This document shows positions 28,802 to 38,529 of a stretch of DNA of 64,000 bases, piece after piece. Both the position numbers and the translations under genes were made by a program. Each line of letters begins with the position of its first letter. The stretch's first letter is position 1. Where the stretch lies: positions 1 to 64,000 of the forward strand of contig JBJMHS010000078.1 in the NCBI GenBank assembly GCA_045807245.1, read 5' to 3'. The notes beneath the pieces are model-generated. The model did no database searches. It worked only from the letters and a program-made list of their open reading frames with translations, and had not been told where the DNA came from. This DNA comes from Actinomycetales bacterium (GTDB taxonomy: Bacteria; Actinomycetota; Actinomycetes; Actinomycetales; CAVURS01).

Positions 28802-29769
28802 GCATTCGCCGCCGTCTCGTTGATCCCCCACTTGGGCGGGTAGTACAACTCGGGAAGGGAGGGTTGCGGCGTGAAGCGCGCCTTGATGCGGCGGCGATTG
28901 CTAGCTAGGTCCGGCAGCGCCGCCCGGCAGTACTTGTCGGTCTCGCAGAAGAGTCCCTGGCAGTCGATGGCCTGCAGGGGCCGACCGAACAGACCCGGGA
29001 AGTCGAGGCCGAGTCGATCGAACTCCTCTTCTTGGTGGTCGACCATCCATTGAATTACCTCACTCGCCGAGTAGTCACCCAGGGAGACGAAGCATTTCTT
29101 GATGCCGCGCACGGCCCCTGGGCCGGGCTGCGTGAAGTCGGACTCGTCGAAATTCACTAGGTCGCTGTAGTTAAGGTCGATTGCAGTCTGGTATGACATG
29201 AAGTCGCCCATGAGGGGGTAGCGGTGCAAGGCCTCATAAATCGACCGGAGGGACTCGGCCTTGAGTATCTCGACGCCTAGTCCCTCTAACAGGAACATGT
29301 GCCGGAAGAGCTGGACATGATTGCGGTGTTTGGCGGTCTGCCCGTAGGCGTCGGTCGCGCAGAGGATGAACGCCCCGGTGTACAGGCCTCCCTGGCTCGC
29401 CCGCACCTGGTCGAGGGCGTCGATGAGCGCGTCGCCGTCAAGGTCTGCCAATGTGGGGTAGTGGCCGAGGATTCGACGCAGGCCTTCCCAGGTGCCGATG
29501 CGGCTGAACGTTCTGAAGGCGACGATCTGGAACAGGCGGTCTTCGGCGTCACACGGCTCGTCGTGGTAAGCCACGTTTCTGATCATGTACTGCGAGACGC
29601 GGTCGGAGGCTCGGTAGGTGTTGCAGAACTTGTACTCCTGCAGAATCGGGTCGGCCGTCGGCGGCGCCGTCGACCCGGCGATTCGTTGCAGGAAGATTCG
29701 CTGTCGCTCGGCGGCAAAGTACCAGTAGAGCGGGTACACACCTTCGCGTGGAATTGGTTGCCGCCTCAT
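28768..29769 (-). CDS. aGPT-Pplase clade 1 / 5-hmdU-DNA-kinase-associated helical family protein (DNA base hypermodification)
   Basis: YWYFAAERQRIF...DPILQEYKFCNTYRASDRVSQY, GDFMSYQ..IDLNYS, PGPGAVRG, DCQGLFCETDKY. Confidence 0.82.
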   Translation of the reverse strand: MRRQPIPREGVYPLYWYFAAERQRIFLQRIAGSTAPPTADPILQEYKFCNTYRASDRVSQYMIRNVAYHDEPCDAEDRLFQIVAFRTFSRIGTWEGLRRILGHYPTLADLDGDALIDALDQVRASQGGLYTGAFILCATDAYGQTAKHRNHVQLFRHMFLLEGLGVEILKAESLRSIYEALHRYPLMGDFMSYQTAIDLNYSDLVNFDESDFTQPGPGAVRGIKKCFVSLGDYSASEVIQWMVDHQEEEFDRLGLDFPGLFGRPLQAIDCQGLFCETDKYCRAALPDLASNRRRIKARFTPQPSLPELYYPPKWGINETAANAQRTRLLESLF

Positions 29770-30753
29770 TTACAGATCAAACCCATCCCAGACTTGACGT
29801 AGAAACACGCCTGTGCCATGCAGATTGAAGAATCGCGGGTCGCCTAATAGAATCTCCTGAGCCGCCATCCTTTCGCCGAGGGTGTAACGAAACCGACGGA
29901 CTCCCGTGAAATGGTCGAGGACGATAGCGCCGTTCGGCACCGTTGTCTCCTTGACGACCTCAAGGGCCGCCTTGGCCGATGAGTAGTTATCGGTGTCGAT
30001 GAAACTGAGGACAGTCGGCCTCCCCGCGAGCGTCTGGGCCGTCTCGACGATGTCCCCCTCGACGAGGTCGATTAGCCAGGGCTGGAAGTAGCGCCGCACG
30101 GCGGCCGCGTCCGTGAAGACGGCGCCAGGGTGGTCGTACATGTCGAGCGGGCTGCGACGAGCTGGGAACCCCCCGAAGCTGTCGAAGGTGACCACCCTCC
30201 ACGTCTGCCCTAGGGCTCTGGCGACGCGCGCCAGGAACATCGACGTTCCACCTCGGAAGGTGCCGAACTCGACGACGTCACCGCGTAGCCCGAGACGCGC
30301 CGCGTTCCGCAGGCACTCGTACAGGTGGACCAGGCAGTTGGGGTATCCGTTGGCGATCGAAGGTGGCAGGAGTTGCGCGAGCTCGCGCTCAAAGAGCTCG
30401 TCTCGGAACCCGAAGTGGCGGTAGCCCCCCACCAAGACGCGGGGAGCGCCGACAAGGAACGGCAGCGCGGCGCGCAGCACGTCCTCCTTGTCGGCGTCGA
30501 CGGCCACGCAGACGACATCGGCCGGCCAGCCCGCGAGCTGCGCCAAGGCCCGTGCGGGTGGTAGGGGGCCCGCGCCCTCGGCCTGTTGCTGGGTGAACAG
30601 GCCGACCTGGTCCGCACTCAGGCCCCGCCTGCGGCAAACCTGGTACAGACGGCGACCGACCAATCCGTCACCCAGGATCGCGACCCGGCGAGCGCCGGCC
30701 TCGATCTCGCGGAGCAGGTCGGCGCGCAGTTTCAACTCGTCGCCCCGGTCCAT
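29770..30753 (-). CDS. TylF/MycF/NovP-family SAM O-methyltransferase with an N-terminal Rossmann-like segment
   Basis: GDVVEFGTFRGGT, FDSFGGFP, VEGDIVET, FIDTDNY, GAIVLD. Confidence 0.85.
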   Translation of the reverse strand: MDRGDELKLRADLLREIEAGARRVAILGDGLVGRRLYQVCRRRGLSADQVGLFTQQQAEGAGPLPPARALAQLAGWPADVVCVAVDADKEDVLRAALPFLVGAPRVLVGGYRHFGFRDELFERELAQLLPPSIANGYPNCLVHLYECLRNAARLGLRGDVVEFGTFRGGTSMFLARVARALGQTWRVVTFDSFGGFPARRSPLDMYDHPGAVFTDAAAVRRYFQPWLIDLVEGDIVETAQTLAGRPTVLSFIDTDNYSSAKAALEVVKETTVPNGAIVLDHFTGVRRFRYTLGERMAAQEILLGDPRFFNLHGTGVFLRQVWDGFDL

Positions 30754-30766
30754 GACGGTGGCGAGG

Positions 30767-32266
30767 TTACGCCGACGCGGCGGGGAGCGCGAGGGCGTAC
30801 CGCCAGGCTGTGTCAGCCAATCGCGTGGCCGCCGCTAGCCGCGTCTCGACGGAGGCGCGCGCACCGTTAGGGAAGCACGCCTCGAGGGCCGCGAAGTCAG
30901 CCACAACCGATCGGGCGAGAGCGTCTGAATCCTCGTAGCGCTGCGGCCGTTCCCCGTACTGCAAGATCAGCCGGTTGACGTGGACCGGTCCGTCGGAGCG
31001 GACGCCCACGCCAGCCGGGTCGTCCCCGAACAGCTGCCGATCGACGGTCGCCGACTCGTCGGCCAGGAAGGCGCGGTACTTCACGGCGTACACGAACAGG
31101 TCCGTGGCCGTGTCCACCAGGTCCTCGTCCGCGGTCGTCACACCGCCCTGCTGGGTAACGTTCTCGATGCGGTCGACCTTGCGGGCCAGGTTCGCCATGA
31201 TGCTCATCTGCTCGCCGCGCTTCTTCCAGGCGTTGCCGTAGGCGGCGTCCTTGGCGGTGTGCAGCTCGGCGATCGCGTGCGCCAACTCCAGCGGGTCCGC
31301 GGCCATGTCAGGCTCCCCATCAAGTGGTTCGTACGTCAGTCGTCGCTCGTCCAAGTCAGCCGTCAGGTAGCCCCCGGCCTGACGCTCCAGCATGTGCATC
31401 GCGGCGAAGCCTTGGTGGATGGCGGATCGCCAGCGTCGGGGGGGCACGCCGGCGCACTCCAGGTTGGAGACGATTGACCGTGCCACCTCGATGGTCTCCA
31501 TGTCGACGCTGGTCTCGGTCTCGAACCGAAGCCGGCGGCTGCCGAGCTGGGCCAGGACCGCCGCGAGTCCCTCCTCGGTGAACATCGCGCGCGCACCGTC
31601 CTCGCTCTCATCGGTCGCGGGGTCGGACCGGCGCTTCAGACCCAGTAGCCGCCTCATCACCGGTGACCAGCCGAGGACGGCCATGAACGCCAGGTGGAGC
31701 GCGTCGTGGTAGCGGTACCCATCGGCAGGAATCGCGTTGTCAGTTAACGGATCACCGAGCTGGTCGCCGACATGGAAACCTACCCGGCGGCCGTCGCTGT
31801 CGACCGTCCCCCAGGCCGGGTCGACGGGCTCAGCGCCTACCACGGTCATGATCGCGGTCGGACTCGCGGACGGCTGCTCATCGAACCTGACCGTCAGGCG
31901 TCTCGGGAAGCGCTCAACGGGAGCGAACCTGTCGTCCAGACTTGTGGGCGGTTCCTGGTCGTCCCCGGCGGTTGCCCCGAAAAAGCCGCGCGTCCTGGCC
32001 AGGTTGCGCTCGGCGACAGCCCCCAGGCGCAGGTCGAAGCTCGACGCCACCGCCGAGACGTACCAGAGCAGGTCGCCGAGCTCCTCCTCGAGGTAGTCCA
32101 TGTGCGCCGCGAGGTCGATCTTCTCCCGAAGGAAGCGCTTGTAGACCGCAAGGATGGCTCCTGACTCGCTGGCCAGGCCGAACATCGCCGAGACGGTGTT
32201 CTTGAACGGCTCCTGATGGAGCTGATTCGTCTCCTGGGCGCGGCGTTGGTACTCGTCAAGGTCCAT
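30767..32266 (-). CDS. MazG-like NTP pyrophosphohydrolase + MazG_C domain, fused in frame to an Nmad1 (DUF1599)-like domain
   Basis: GLASESG..EEELGDLLWY; DGYRYHDALH; EDGARA; then KDAAYGNAW...NLARKVDRI...EDLVDTATDL..YA from the Met at 31306. Confidence 0.82.
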   Translation of the reverse strand: MDLDEYQRRAQETNQLHQEPFKNTVSAMFGLASESGAILAVYKRFLREKIDLAAHMDYLEEELGDLLWYVSAVASSFDLRLGAVAERNLARTRGFFGATAGDDQEPPTSLDDRFAPVERFPRRLTVRFDEQPSASPTAIMTVVGAEPVDPAWGTVDSDGRRVGFHVGDQLGDPLTDNAIPADGYRYHDALHLAFMAVLGWSPVMRRLLGLKRRSDPATDESEDGARAMFTEEGLAAVLAQLGSRRLRFETETSVDMETIEVARSIVSNLECAGVPPRRWRSAIHQGFAAMHMLERQAGGYLTADLDERRLTYEPLDGEPDMAADPLELAHAIAELHTAKDAAYGNAWKKRGEQMSIMANLARKVDRIENVTQQGGVTTADEDLVDTATDLFVYAVKYRAFLADESATVDRQLFGDDPAGVGVRSDGPVHVNRLILQYGERPQRYEDSDALARSVVADFAALEACFPNGARASVETRLAAATRLADTAWRYALALPAASA

Positions 32267-32844
32267 GGCTTGGCTGCGCAAATCCTCCCCGCCCTGCGGC
32301 CCTTCGACCTTACGACATCCCGCGTGCCCGGCCGCGACCCTCACGCGCGTGTCCCTCTGGGCTTGTTGGTGAATAGGTCAGACGACGCGGGGGCCCGCGG
32401 GCCGGTTGTCAGTGCTGGGGCGAGGCGAACTGTGGAAGCGGACGGCCGTCTGTCGATCGGCTTGCCCGCGGCGTGCGGCAACCCCGCGGCTGCCGCCGAC
32501 CACCCAGGCGTCGGCTGCGCCTACCGCAGGAGCCCGCCGGGTGCTCGAGAGCGACCAATCCAGGCGCACTGGCGTCGTTCGCCTCCCGGTCCCCGGCATC
32601 GCGGTCGCGGGCCAAAGCCCTGCGCCGTTCCAGGGCCGTCGCCGGCGTGGCCGCCCGTCGGGTGATCGTCCTGGCCATCCGCACACCTCTCAATACTCCC
32701 GACCACACCTGACAGCGCGCAGCATCGCCGACATCCGTCTCAACAGGCCCGAAAGACAGACCCTCAGCCAAGAGGTGGCGAAGCGACACACCTCATGCAC
32801 CCAGGGCCTTCTGTTTCGTCGGTAACGCAATCTAGAGTGGCTGC

Positions 32845-33225
32845 ATGGGCACGAACAGGAGTCTCACCCCGGGCTCGAACTGCATCAATTGCGCTGGACC
32901 GATGCCCACCCCGGCAGGTCGGGGGCGCCCCGCAATCTACTGTTCCGGTGCTTGCCGGAAGGCCGCTTTCGAGGCCCGAAGAGTGAGCAAGCCAGATGCG
33001 TTTGAGGTCAGGACCGTCGACCGGATCGTCACTGTCGAACACGACCTGGCGGAGTGCGCGAGCCGGGCGACAGCCTCCCCCGCCGCATGCCGTCGGGTGC
33101 TCCAGGCGGTTGCCGCCTTGGCCCGAGAAGGCGTGTTGGACAGCGATCCCATGTGGTCTTCCACGCGGGTAGCGACACGCACTCTGATCGACGCCCTGTT
33201 CGCCCCAACGCGGACTCGTCGATGA
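32845..33225 (+). CDS. Small Cys-motif (Zn-finger-like) island protein
   Basis: CINC...GRPAIYCSGACRKAA. Confidence 0.6.
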   Translation: MGTNRSLTPGSNCINCAGPMPTPAGRGRPAIYCSGACRKAAFEARRVSKPDAFEVRTVDRIVTVEHDLAECASRATASPAACRRVLQAVAALAREGVLDSDPMWSSTRVATRTLIDALFAPTRTRR

Positions 33226-33276
33226 GCTGGCGGCTGGTCGGCGCGAGCCAGGTCGATGCCGATCGACACCGGTCCA

Positions 33277-33555
33277 TCACCTGCCGATGGCCTGCGGGAT
33301 GTCCGGAGGCAGCAATTCCGCAAGGTTGACATCGAGCACCTCGGCCAACGCCAGGAGCGTGCGAAGCCGCGGATTCGCAGGAGTTCCCGGGTTCGACTCG
33401 CCCTTCTCGAGCTTGCGATACGTGTACGTCGTGATGTCGGCCGCCGCCGCCAACCGCTCCTGGGTCAGGCCCCTATCCACCCGGAGTTGATGGAGGCGAA
33501 CCCCCAGGTCGCGGCTGTACTGCTCGAACGATTCCCCCGACCGACCCCTCGCCAT
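33277..33555 (-). CDS. XRE-family HTH regulator
   Basis: LGVRLHQLRVDRGLTQERLAAAADIT..TYRKLEKG...NPRLRTLLALAEVL. Confidence 0.88.
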   Translation of the reverse strand: MARGRSGESFEQYSRDLGVRLHQLRVDRGLTQERLAAAADITTYTYRKLEKGESNPGTPANPRLRTLLALAEVLDVNLAELLPPDIPQAIGR

Positions 33556-33588
33556 GCGACAAGGATCTGACCATTGCCGATGGGCCTA

Positions 33589-33606
33589 TAGCATGTATAC
33601 TTGCTA
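33589..33606. promoter_or_regulatory. Imperfect palindrome between the divergent XRE and integrase genes
   Basis: TAGCATGTATACTTGCTA (16/18 self-complementary), AT-rich. Confidence 0.55.
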
Positions 33607-33705
33607 ATCTCAGCATGCGCATGTGAGACTTCGACAGTTGGCTCAGGTCGCTTCAGGAGCGAGGTTGACAACTGAGCCCGAGGCTCCGGCCCGCGGTCTT
33701 AACCG

Positions 33706-35175
33706 ATGACTGCCGCACCAGCCAGCGCCGACGTGCGCATCTGGTCCCTGCGGACCTACAAGGGGCGGCGTGGCACCACCTGCACCGCCACGTGGATCGT
33801 CGCCGGGCAACGATTTCAGCGTACTTTTGTGACCAGGAAGTTGGCTGAGACCTATCGGGCCACCCTGCTCCGGTCCCTCCGAGATGGCGTGGAGTTTCGG
33901 CTGCGCGACGGGCTGCCGACAACCCAGGCGGCAACGGAACGCTCCATGCCGTGACTCGAGATGGCCGCAAACTTCGTCGACGCGAAGTGGCCGCACGCCT
34001 GGCCGAAACACCGAAAGGGCCTGGCCGAAGGGCTGGTGACGGTGACCTGCGCTCTCACATCCGCTGACATCGACCAAGCCGACCAGGCGCCGCTGCGCGC
34101 CGCCCTTCTGGGATGGGCATTCAACACATCCGCCCGGCGTGGTGAGCCGTTGGCCGCGGCCGAGCCTCCGGACGACCATCGCCACTCGATCGCCTGGCTG
34201 AGATCTCACTTGCTTCGACTGGACGACGTCCGCCAGCCCGCCACCACGCGGCGGGCCCTCGATGCCCTCTCACTGCGACTGGACGGAACGCCCGCTTCTG
34301 CGACCACAGTGGCCCGTAAGCGCTCGGCGTTCTTCAGCGTGCTCCAGTACGCCGTCGAGCTGGAGTTGCTCGACGCGAACCCGCTGCAGTCCGTGCGGTG
34401 GCGCCAACCCGTGCGGAGCCACGTCGTTGACCGCCGTGTTGTCGTGAACCCCGAGCAGGCGAGAGCCCTTCTCGACGCGGTCCGCCAGGATTACCCATCG
34501 CTGGAAGCGTTCTTCGCCTGCATGTACTACGCGGCGCTCCGGCCCGGCGAGGTGCGGCATCTCCGGGATCGCGACTGCATCCTTCCGGCCAGCGGTTGGG
34601 GAGAACTCATCCTCGTTGGCTCGACCACCTCGATTGGCCGTCGCTGGACTGACACGGGACAGGCGCAGCCGGATCGCCACCTGAAGCACAGAGCCACTCG
34701 CGACACGAGGCCAGTCCCAGCGTCGCCCGAGTTTGTGGAAACGCTACGTCGTCATGTGGTCAACTACCCGCCCGGAGTTGACGGTCGGCTCTTCGTCACT
34801 CGCACGCGACAGGGCGGACGGCCGCTCGCCGGGCCATACGGAACGCCCGTCTCCATGGGCACTGTCTACATAGTCTGGGCACTCGCGCGGACCACGGCTC
34901 TCACACCGGAACAGGTCGCTTCACCGCTGGCGCGCCGGCCCTACGACCTCAGACACGCCGCCGTGTCTCTCTGGCTCAGCGCCGACGTCCCACCAACTCA
35001 GGTCGCCGAGTGGGCCGGGCATAGCGTCAACGTGTTGCTACGGGTCTACGCGCAGGTCCTCGACGACCGTCAGGACGATGCCATGGCACGCATCGCACGC
35101 GCGCTGGAGCCTTACGGCGCACACGAGAGGGAGCGGCAAACTTCCCGGCGGACAGCCGTACAGCACCGGCCCTAG
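33706..35175 (+). pseudogene. Tyrosine integrase with an in-frame TGA at 33952-33954; catalytic portion 33961-35175 intact
   Basis: ORFs 33706-33954 and 33961-35175 share a frame; ALRPGE, LKHR, PYDLRH, GHS...LRVY catalytic motifs. Confidence 0.88.
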
Positions 35176-35193
35176 CCGATGACAGCCGGACAG
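35151..35193. repeat. 13-bp imperfect direct repeats GACAGCCG(T/G)ACAG, candidate integrase arm sites
   Basis: Copies at 35151 and 35181, 30 bp apart, beside the att site. Confidence 0.5.
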
Positions 35194-35195
35194 AC

Positions 35196-35243
35196 GCGAA
35201 CGGCCCCGGAGTTGCATCGGTGCAGGTCAGGGGCCGTTTCCGC
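35196..35243. terminator. Hairpin downstream of tRNA-Tyr and the integrase
   Basis: AACGGCCCC...GGGGCCGTT stem with inner TGCA..TGCA. Confidence 0.6.
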
Positions 35244-35246
35244 TGG

Positions 35247-35330
35247 TGGTGGCAGGTGAAGGATTCGAACCTTCGAAGCTTTCGCGACGGATTTACAGTC
35301 CGCTCCCATTGGCCGCTCGGGCAACCTGCC
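35247..35330 (-). tRNA. tRNA-Tyr (GTA)
   Basis: GGCAGGTTGCCCGAGCGGCCAATGGGAGCGGACTGTAAATCCGTCGCGAAAGCTTCGAAGGTTCGAATCCTTCACCTGCCACCA; long variable arm, encoded CCA. Confidence 0.97.
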
Positions 35331-35454
35331 GTGCGTCACCGAGGTGGGCCCCGGATCGGCCCCGGCAGGATAGCAAGGCGGCGCACGACCGCCTTGCGCA
35401 TGGCGCCGGAAAACGGATCGGCTGCTGTCGGGGCCGGGCAGTAGGGTCGATTTC

Positions 35455-37053
35455 ATGGCCACCGAGACCACAAACCCCGCCGGCCAGAGCCCCGGCGCAC
35501 CGCACTCCGACAAGCTGGACGCCGCCGTACTGAAGGTCGCGGGGGTGGTCGTCCTCGGCGCGATCATGTCGATCCTCGACATCACCGTCGTCGGCGTCGC
35601 GCAGAACGCGTTCCAGGCCGCGTGGAACACCACCCCGGCCGTGACCGCCTGGACCATGACCGGCTACACGCTGGCCCTGGCGACCGTCATCCCGGCCACC
35701 GGCTGGGCGGCGGACCGGTTCGGCACCAAGCGGCTCTACCTGACCTCGATCGTGCTGTTCGTCTCCGGGTCGGTGCTGTGCGCGACCGCCTGGGACATCG
35801 GCCCGCTCATCGCGTTCCGCGTCATCCAGGGCCTCGGCGGCGGCATGCTCATGCCGATCGGCATGACCATCATGACGAGGGCGGCCGGGCCCGAGCGGGT
35901 CGGCCGGGTGATGGCCGTTCTCGGCGTCCCGATGCTGCTCGGCCCGATCGGCGGGCCGATCCTGGGCGGCTGGCTGATCGATATCGCGAGCTGGCACTGG
36001 ATCTTCCTCATCAACGTCCCCATCGGGTGCGCCGCCCTCATCTACGCGATCGTCGTACTCCCGAAGGACGAGCCGACCCCGTCGGAGAAGTTCGACGCGC
36101 TTGGCTTCGCGCTCCTGTCACCTGGTCTCGCCATCTTCCTGTACGGCGTGTCGTCCATCCCCCAAACCGGCACCGTGCTCGCGGCGAAGGTCCTCGTGCC
36201 CAGCGTGATCGGTGCGGTCCTCATCGCCGCGTTCGTGCGGCACGCCCTGCACCGGGCCGACCACCCGCTGATCGACCTGCACCTGTTCCGCAACCGCGAC
36301 CTCAGCGTCGCCGTCATCACGATGTCGATGTTCGCCATCGCGTTCTTCGGCGCCATGCTGCTCTTCCCGCAGTACTTCATCGGCGTCCGTGGCGAGACGC
36401 CGCTCATGGCCGGGGTGTTGGGTGCGCCGATGGGCATCGGCGCGATGCTGACCATGCCGGTGGCCGGGTCGATGACCGACAAGTTCGGACCGGGCAAGTT
36501 CGTCCTGACCGGACTGGTGCTCATCGTCGGCGGGATGATCCCGCTCACGATGCTCGGCACCGACACGTCGTTCTGGCAGACCTCGGCCTGCTTCTTCGTG
36601 ATGGGCCTCGGCATGGGCATGACGATGATGCCGACGTTCACGGCCGCGTTGCGGACGCTCAAGCACGCGCAGATCGCCCGCGGTTCCACCCTGATGAACA
36701 TCACCCAGCAGGTCGCGGCGTCGGTCGGCACCGCGGTGATGTCGGTGATCCTGACCTACCACCTCAAGAAGGACGCGTTCGCACCGCTGGCGATCTTCGC
36801 CAACGCCGACCCGGCCAGGGGCGACAAGGCGCTCGCGGGAGCGGCCGCTCAGTCCGGGCAGCCGCTCGAGGCGGTCCGGGCCCATGGCCTCCACTCGGCC
36901 GCCGACTCGTTCGCCAAGACGATCCTGATCGCGGTGATCCTGGTCGGCTGCACGCTGATCCCGGCGTACTTCCTGCCCCGGAGCCGCGCCGCGGCGACGG
37001 ATGCGGAGGTCAAGCTCGAGGCGGCCGAGGCCGGCGGCGCGGTCCTAGGCTGA
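35455..37053 (+). CDS. DHA2-family MFS efflux transporter
   Basis: MSILDITVV, GWAADRFGTKR, GPIGGPILGG, WIFLINVPIG; about 14 TM. Confidence 0.93.
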   Translation: MATETTNPAGQSPGAPHSDKLDAAVLKVAGVVVLGAIMSILDITVVGVAQNAFQAAWNTTPAVTAWTMTGYTLALATVIPATGWAADRFGTKRLYLTSIVLFVSGSVLCATAWDIGPLIAFRVIQGLGGGMLMPIGMTIMTRAAGPERVGRVMAVLGVPMLLGPIGGPILGGWLIDIASWHWIFLINVPIGCAALIYAIVVLPKDEPTPSEKFDALGFALLSPGLAIFLYGVSSIPQTGTVLAAKVLVPSVIGAVLIAAFVRHALHRADHPLIDLHLFRNRDLSVAVITMSMFAIAFFGAMLLFPQYFIGVRGETPLMAGVLGAPMGIGAMLTMPVAGSMTDKFGPGKFVLTGLVLIVGGMIPLTMLGTDTSFWQTSACFFVMGLGMGMTMMPTFTAALRTLKHAQIARGSTLMNITQQVAASVGTAVMSVILTYHLKKDAFAPLAIFANADPARGDKALAGAAAQSGQPLEAVRAHGLHSAADSFAKTILIAVILVGCTLIPAYFLPRSRAAATDAEVKLEAAEAGGAVLG

Positions 37054-37080
37054 CCTCAGACACTCGCGAGAGGAGCCCGC

Positions 37081-37575
37081 GTGGCCGGTGATTCGTCGTT
37101 CGACGTCGTCAGCAAGGTCGACCACCAAGAGGTCGACAACGCCGTGAACCAGGCGGCCAAGGAGATCGCGCAGCGCTACGACTTCAAGAACGTGGGCGCC
37201 TCCGTGGTGTGGAGCGGGCACGAGAAGATCGTCATGACCGCGAACAGCGAGGAACGCGTCAAGGCCGTTCTGGACGTCCTGGAGACCAAGCTGGTCAAGC
37301 GCGGCGTCTCGCTCAAGGCACTCGACAAGGGTGACCCCGCGCTTTCCGGCAAGGAGTACCGGATCGAGGCGACCCTCAAGGAGGGCATGTCGCAGGAGAA
37401 CGCGAAGAAGGTCTCCAAGCTCATCCGCGACGAGGGGCCGAAGAACGTCAAGGCCGTCATCCAGGGCGACGAGCTGCGCGTGTCCGGCAAGAGCAAGGAC
37501 GACCTCCAGCAGGTGCAGCAGCTGCTGCGCGGCGCCGACCTCGACTTCGCAGTCCAGTTCGTCAACTACCGCTGA
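37081..37575 (+). CDS. yajQ: YajQ-family nucleotide/c-di-GMP-binding protein
   Basis: [38 protein letters not shown]. Confidence 0.95.
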   Translation: MAGDSSFDVVSKVDHQEVDNAVNQAAKEIAQRYDFKNVGASVVWSGHEKIVMTANSEERVKAVLDVLETKLVKRGVSLKALDKGDPALSGKEYRIEATLKEGMSQENAKKVSKLIRDEGPKNVKAVIQGDELRVSGKSKDDLQQVQQLLRGADLDFAVQFVNYR

Positions 37576-37602
37576 GCACGGCGCCGTCTAGGCACGGTGA
37601 GA

Positions 37603-37626
37603 ATTCTCTGACTAAGGTCAGAGAAT
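37603..37626. promoter_or_regulatory. Palindrome with perfect 10-bp arms at the start of the MarR-GNAT gene
   Basis: ATTCTCTGAC-TAAG-GTCAGAGAAT. Confidence 0.7.
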
Positions 37627-38515
37627 GAGCGACCCAGAGATCGCGGCTGTGCGCAGCTTCAACCGCATCGTGACGCAGCGGATCGGCGCTCTGTACGACG
37701 AGTACCTGGCCCGGGCCCGCCCGCTCGGCGCGTCGCGGATGCTCTGGGAGATCGACAGTGGCCCGCGCGGCGGCACCGACATCCGGTCGCTGCGCGCACG
37801 CCTGGACCTGGACTCGGGATACCTGAGCCGGCTGCTGCGCCGGCTCGAGGACGACGGCCTGGGGCAGCTCGAGCCCGACCCACAGGACCAGCGGGTCCGG
37901 CTGGTCCGGCTCACCCCGTCCGGCCGTCGCGAGCTGAAGCTGCTCAACACGCGCAGCGACGACCTGGCCCGCTCGCTGCTCGACCCACTCTCCGCCCGTC
38001 AGCGCGACCAGCTGGCCCGCGCCATGGCCACGGTCGAGCGGTTGCTCACCACGGGCCTGGTCGAGATCACCGTCGAGGACCCCCGCACCGACGCTGCGAC
38101 GACCTGCCTGCAGTCGTACTTCGCCGAGCTGGACGCCCGGTTCGACATCGGCTTCGACCCCTCGGCCAGCATCCCGGCCGAGCCCGCCGAGATGACCGAG
38201 CCCGAAGGGCTGTTCCTGCTCGCCCGGCTGCATGGGGAGCCGGTCGGCTGTGGTGCCCTCAAGTTCCACGGCCGTCAGCCCGCCGAGCTGAAACGGATGT
38301 GGGTGTCGCCGGACGCCCGCGGCCTCGGGCTGGGCCGTCGGCTGCTCGGCGAGCTCGAGCGTGAGGCCCGGGAGCGCGGCGTACGGATGGTCCGGCTCGA
38401 GACGAACGGGACGTTGCGGGAGGCGATCGCGATGTACCGCTCCTCCGGCTACGCCGAGGTCGCGGCGTTCAACGACGAGCCGTACGCCGACCACTGGTTC
38501 GAGAAGCGGCTCTGA
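37625..38515 (+). CDS. MarR-HTH / GNAT acetyltransferase fusion
   Basis: LDLDSGYLSRLL; ELKRMWVSPDARGLGLGRRLL. Confidence 0.9.
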   Translation: MSDPEIAAVRSFNRIVTQRIGALYDEYLARARPLGASRMLWEIDSGPRGGTDIRSLRARLDLDSGYLSRLLRRLEDDGLGQLEPDPQDQRVRLVRLTPSGRRELKLLNTRSDDLARSLLDPLSARQRDQLARAMATVERLLTTGLVEITVEDPRTDAATTCLQSYFAELDARFDIGFDPSASIPAEPAEMTEPEGLFLLARLHGEPVGCGALKFHGRQPAELKRMWVSPDARGLGLGRRLLGELEREARERGVRMVRLETNGTLREAIAMYRSSGYAEVAAFNDEPYADHWFEKRL

Positions 38516-38529
38516 CCGGGGCGGCCGCG

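Larger units (their letters stand above)
21408..35298. mobile_element. Integrative genomic island (~13.8 kb) in tRNA-Tyr
   Basis: Flanking 55-bp direct repeats, tyrosine integrase next to the intact tRNA, cargo with visibly lower-GC patches. Confidence 0.93.

Noticed and set aside
21463..35243. Prophage or conjugative element
   Set aside because: No structural, terminase, Rep, FtsK/TraB or relaxase genes are recognisable
35244..35249. CCACCA at the tRNA 3' end as a decay tag
   Set aside because: That tag is added post-transcriptionally; a genomic extra CCA would normally be trimmed
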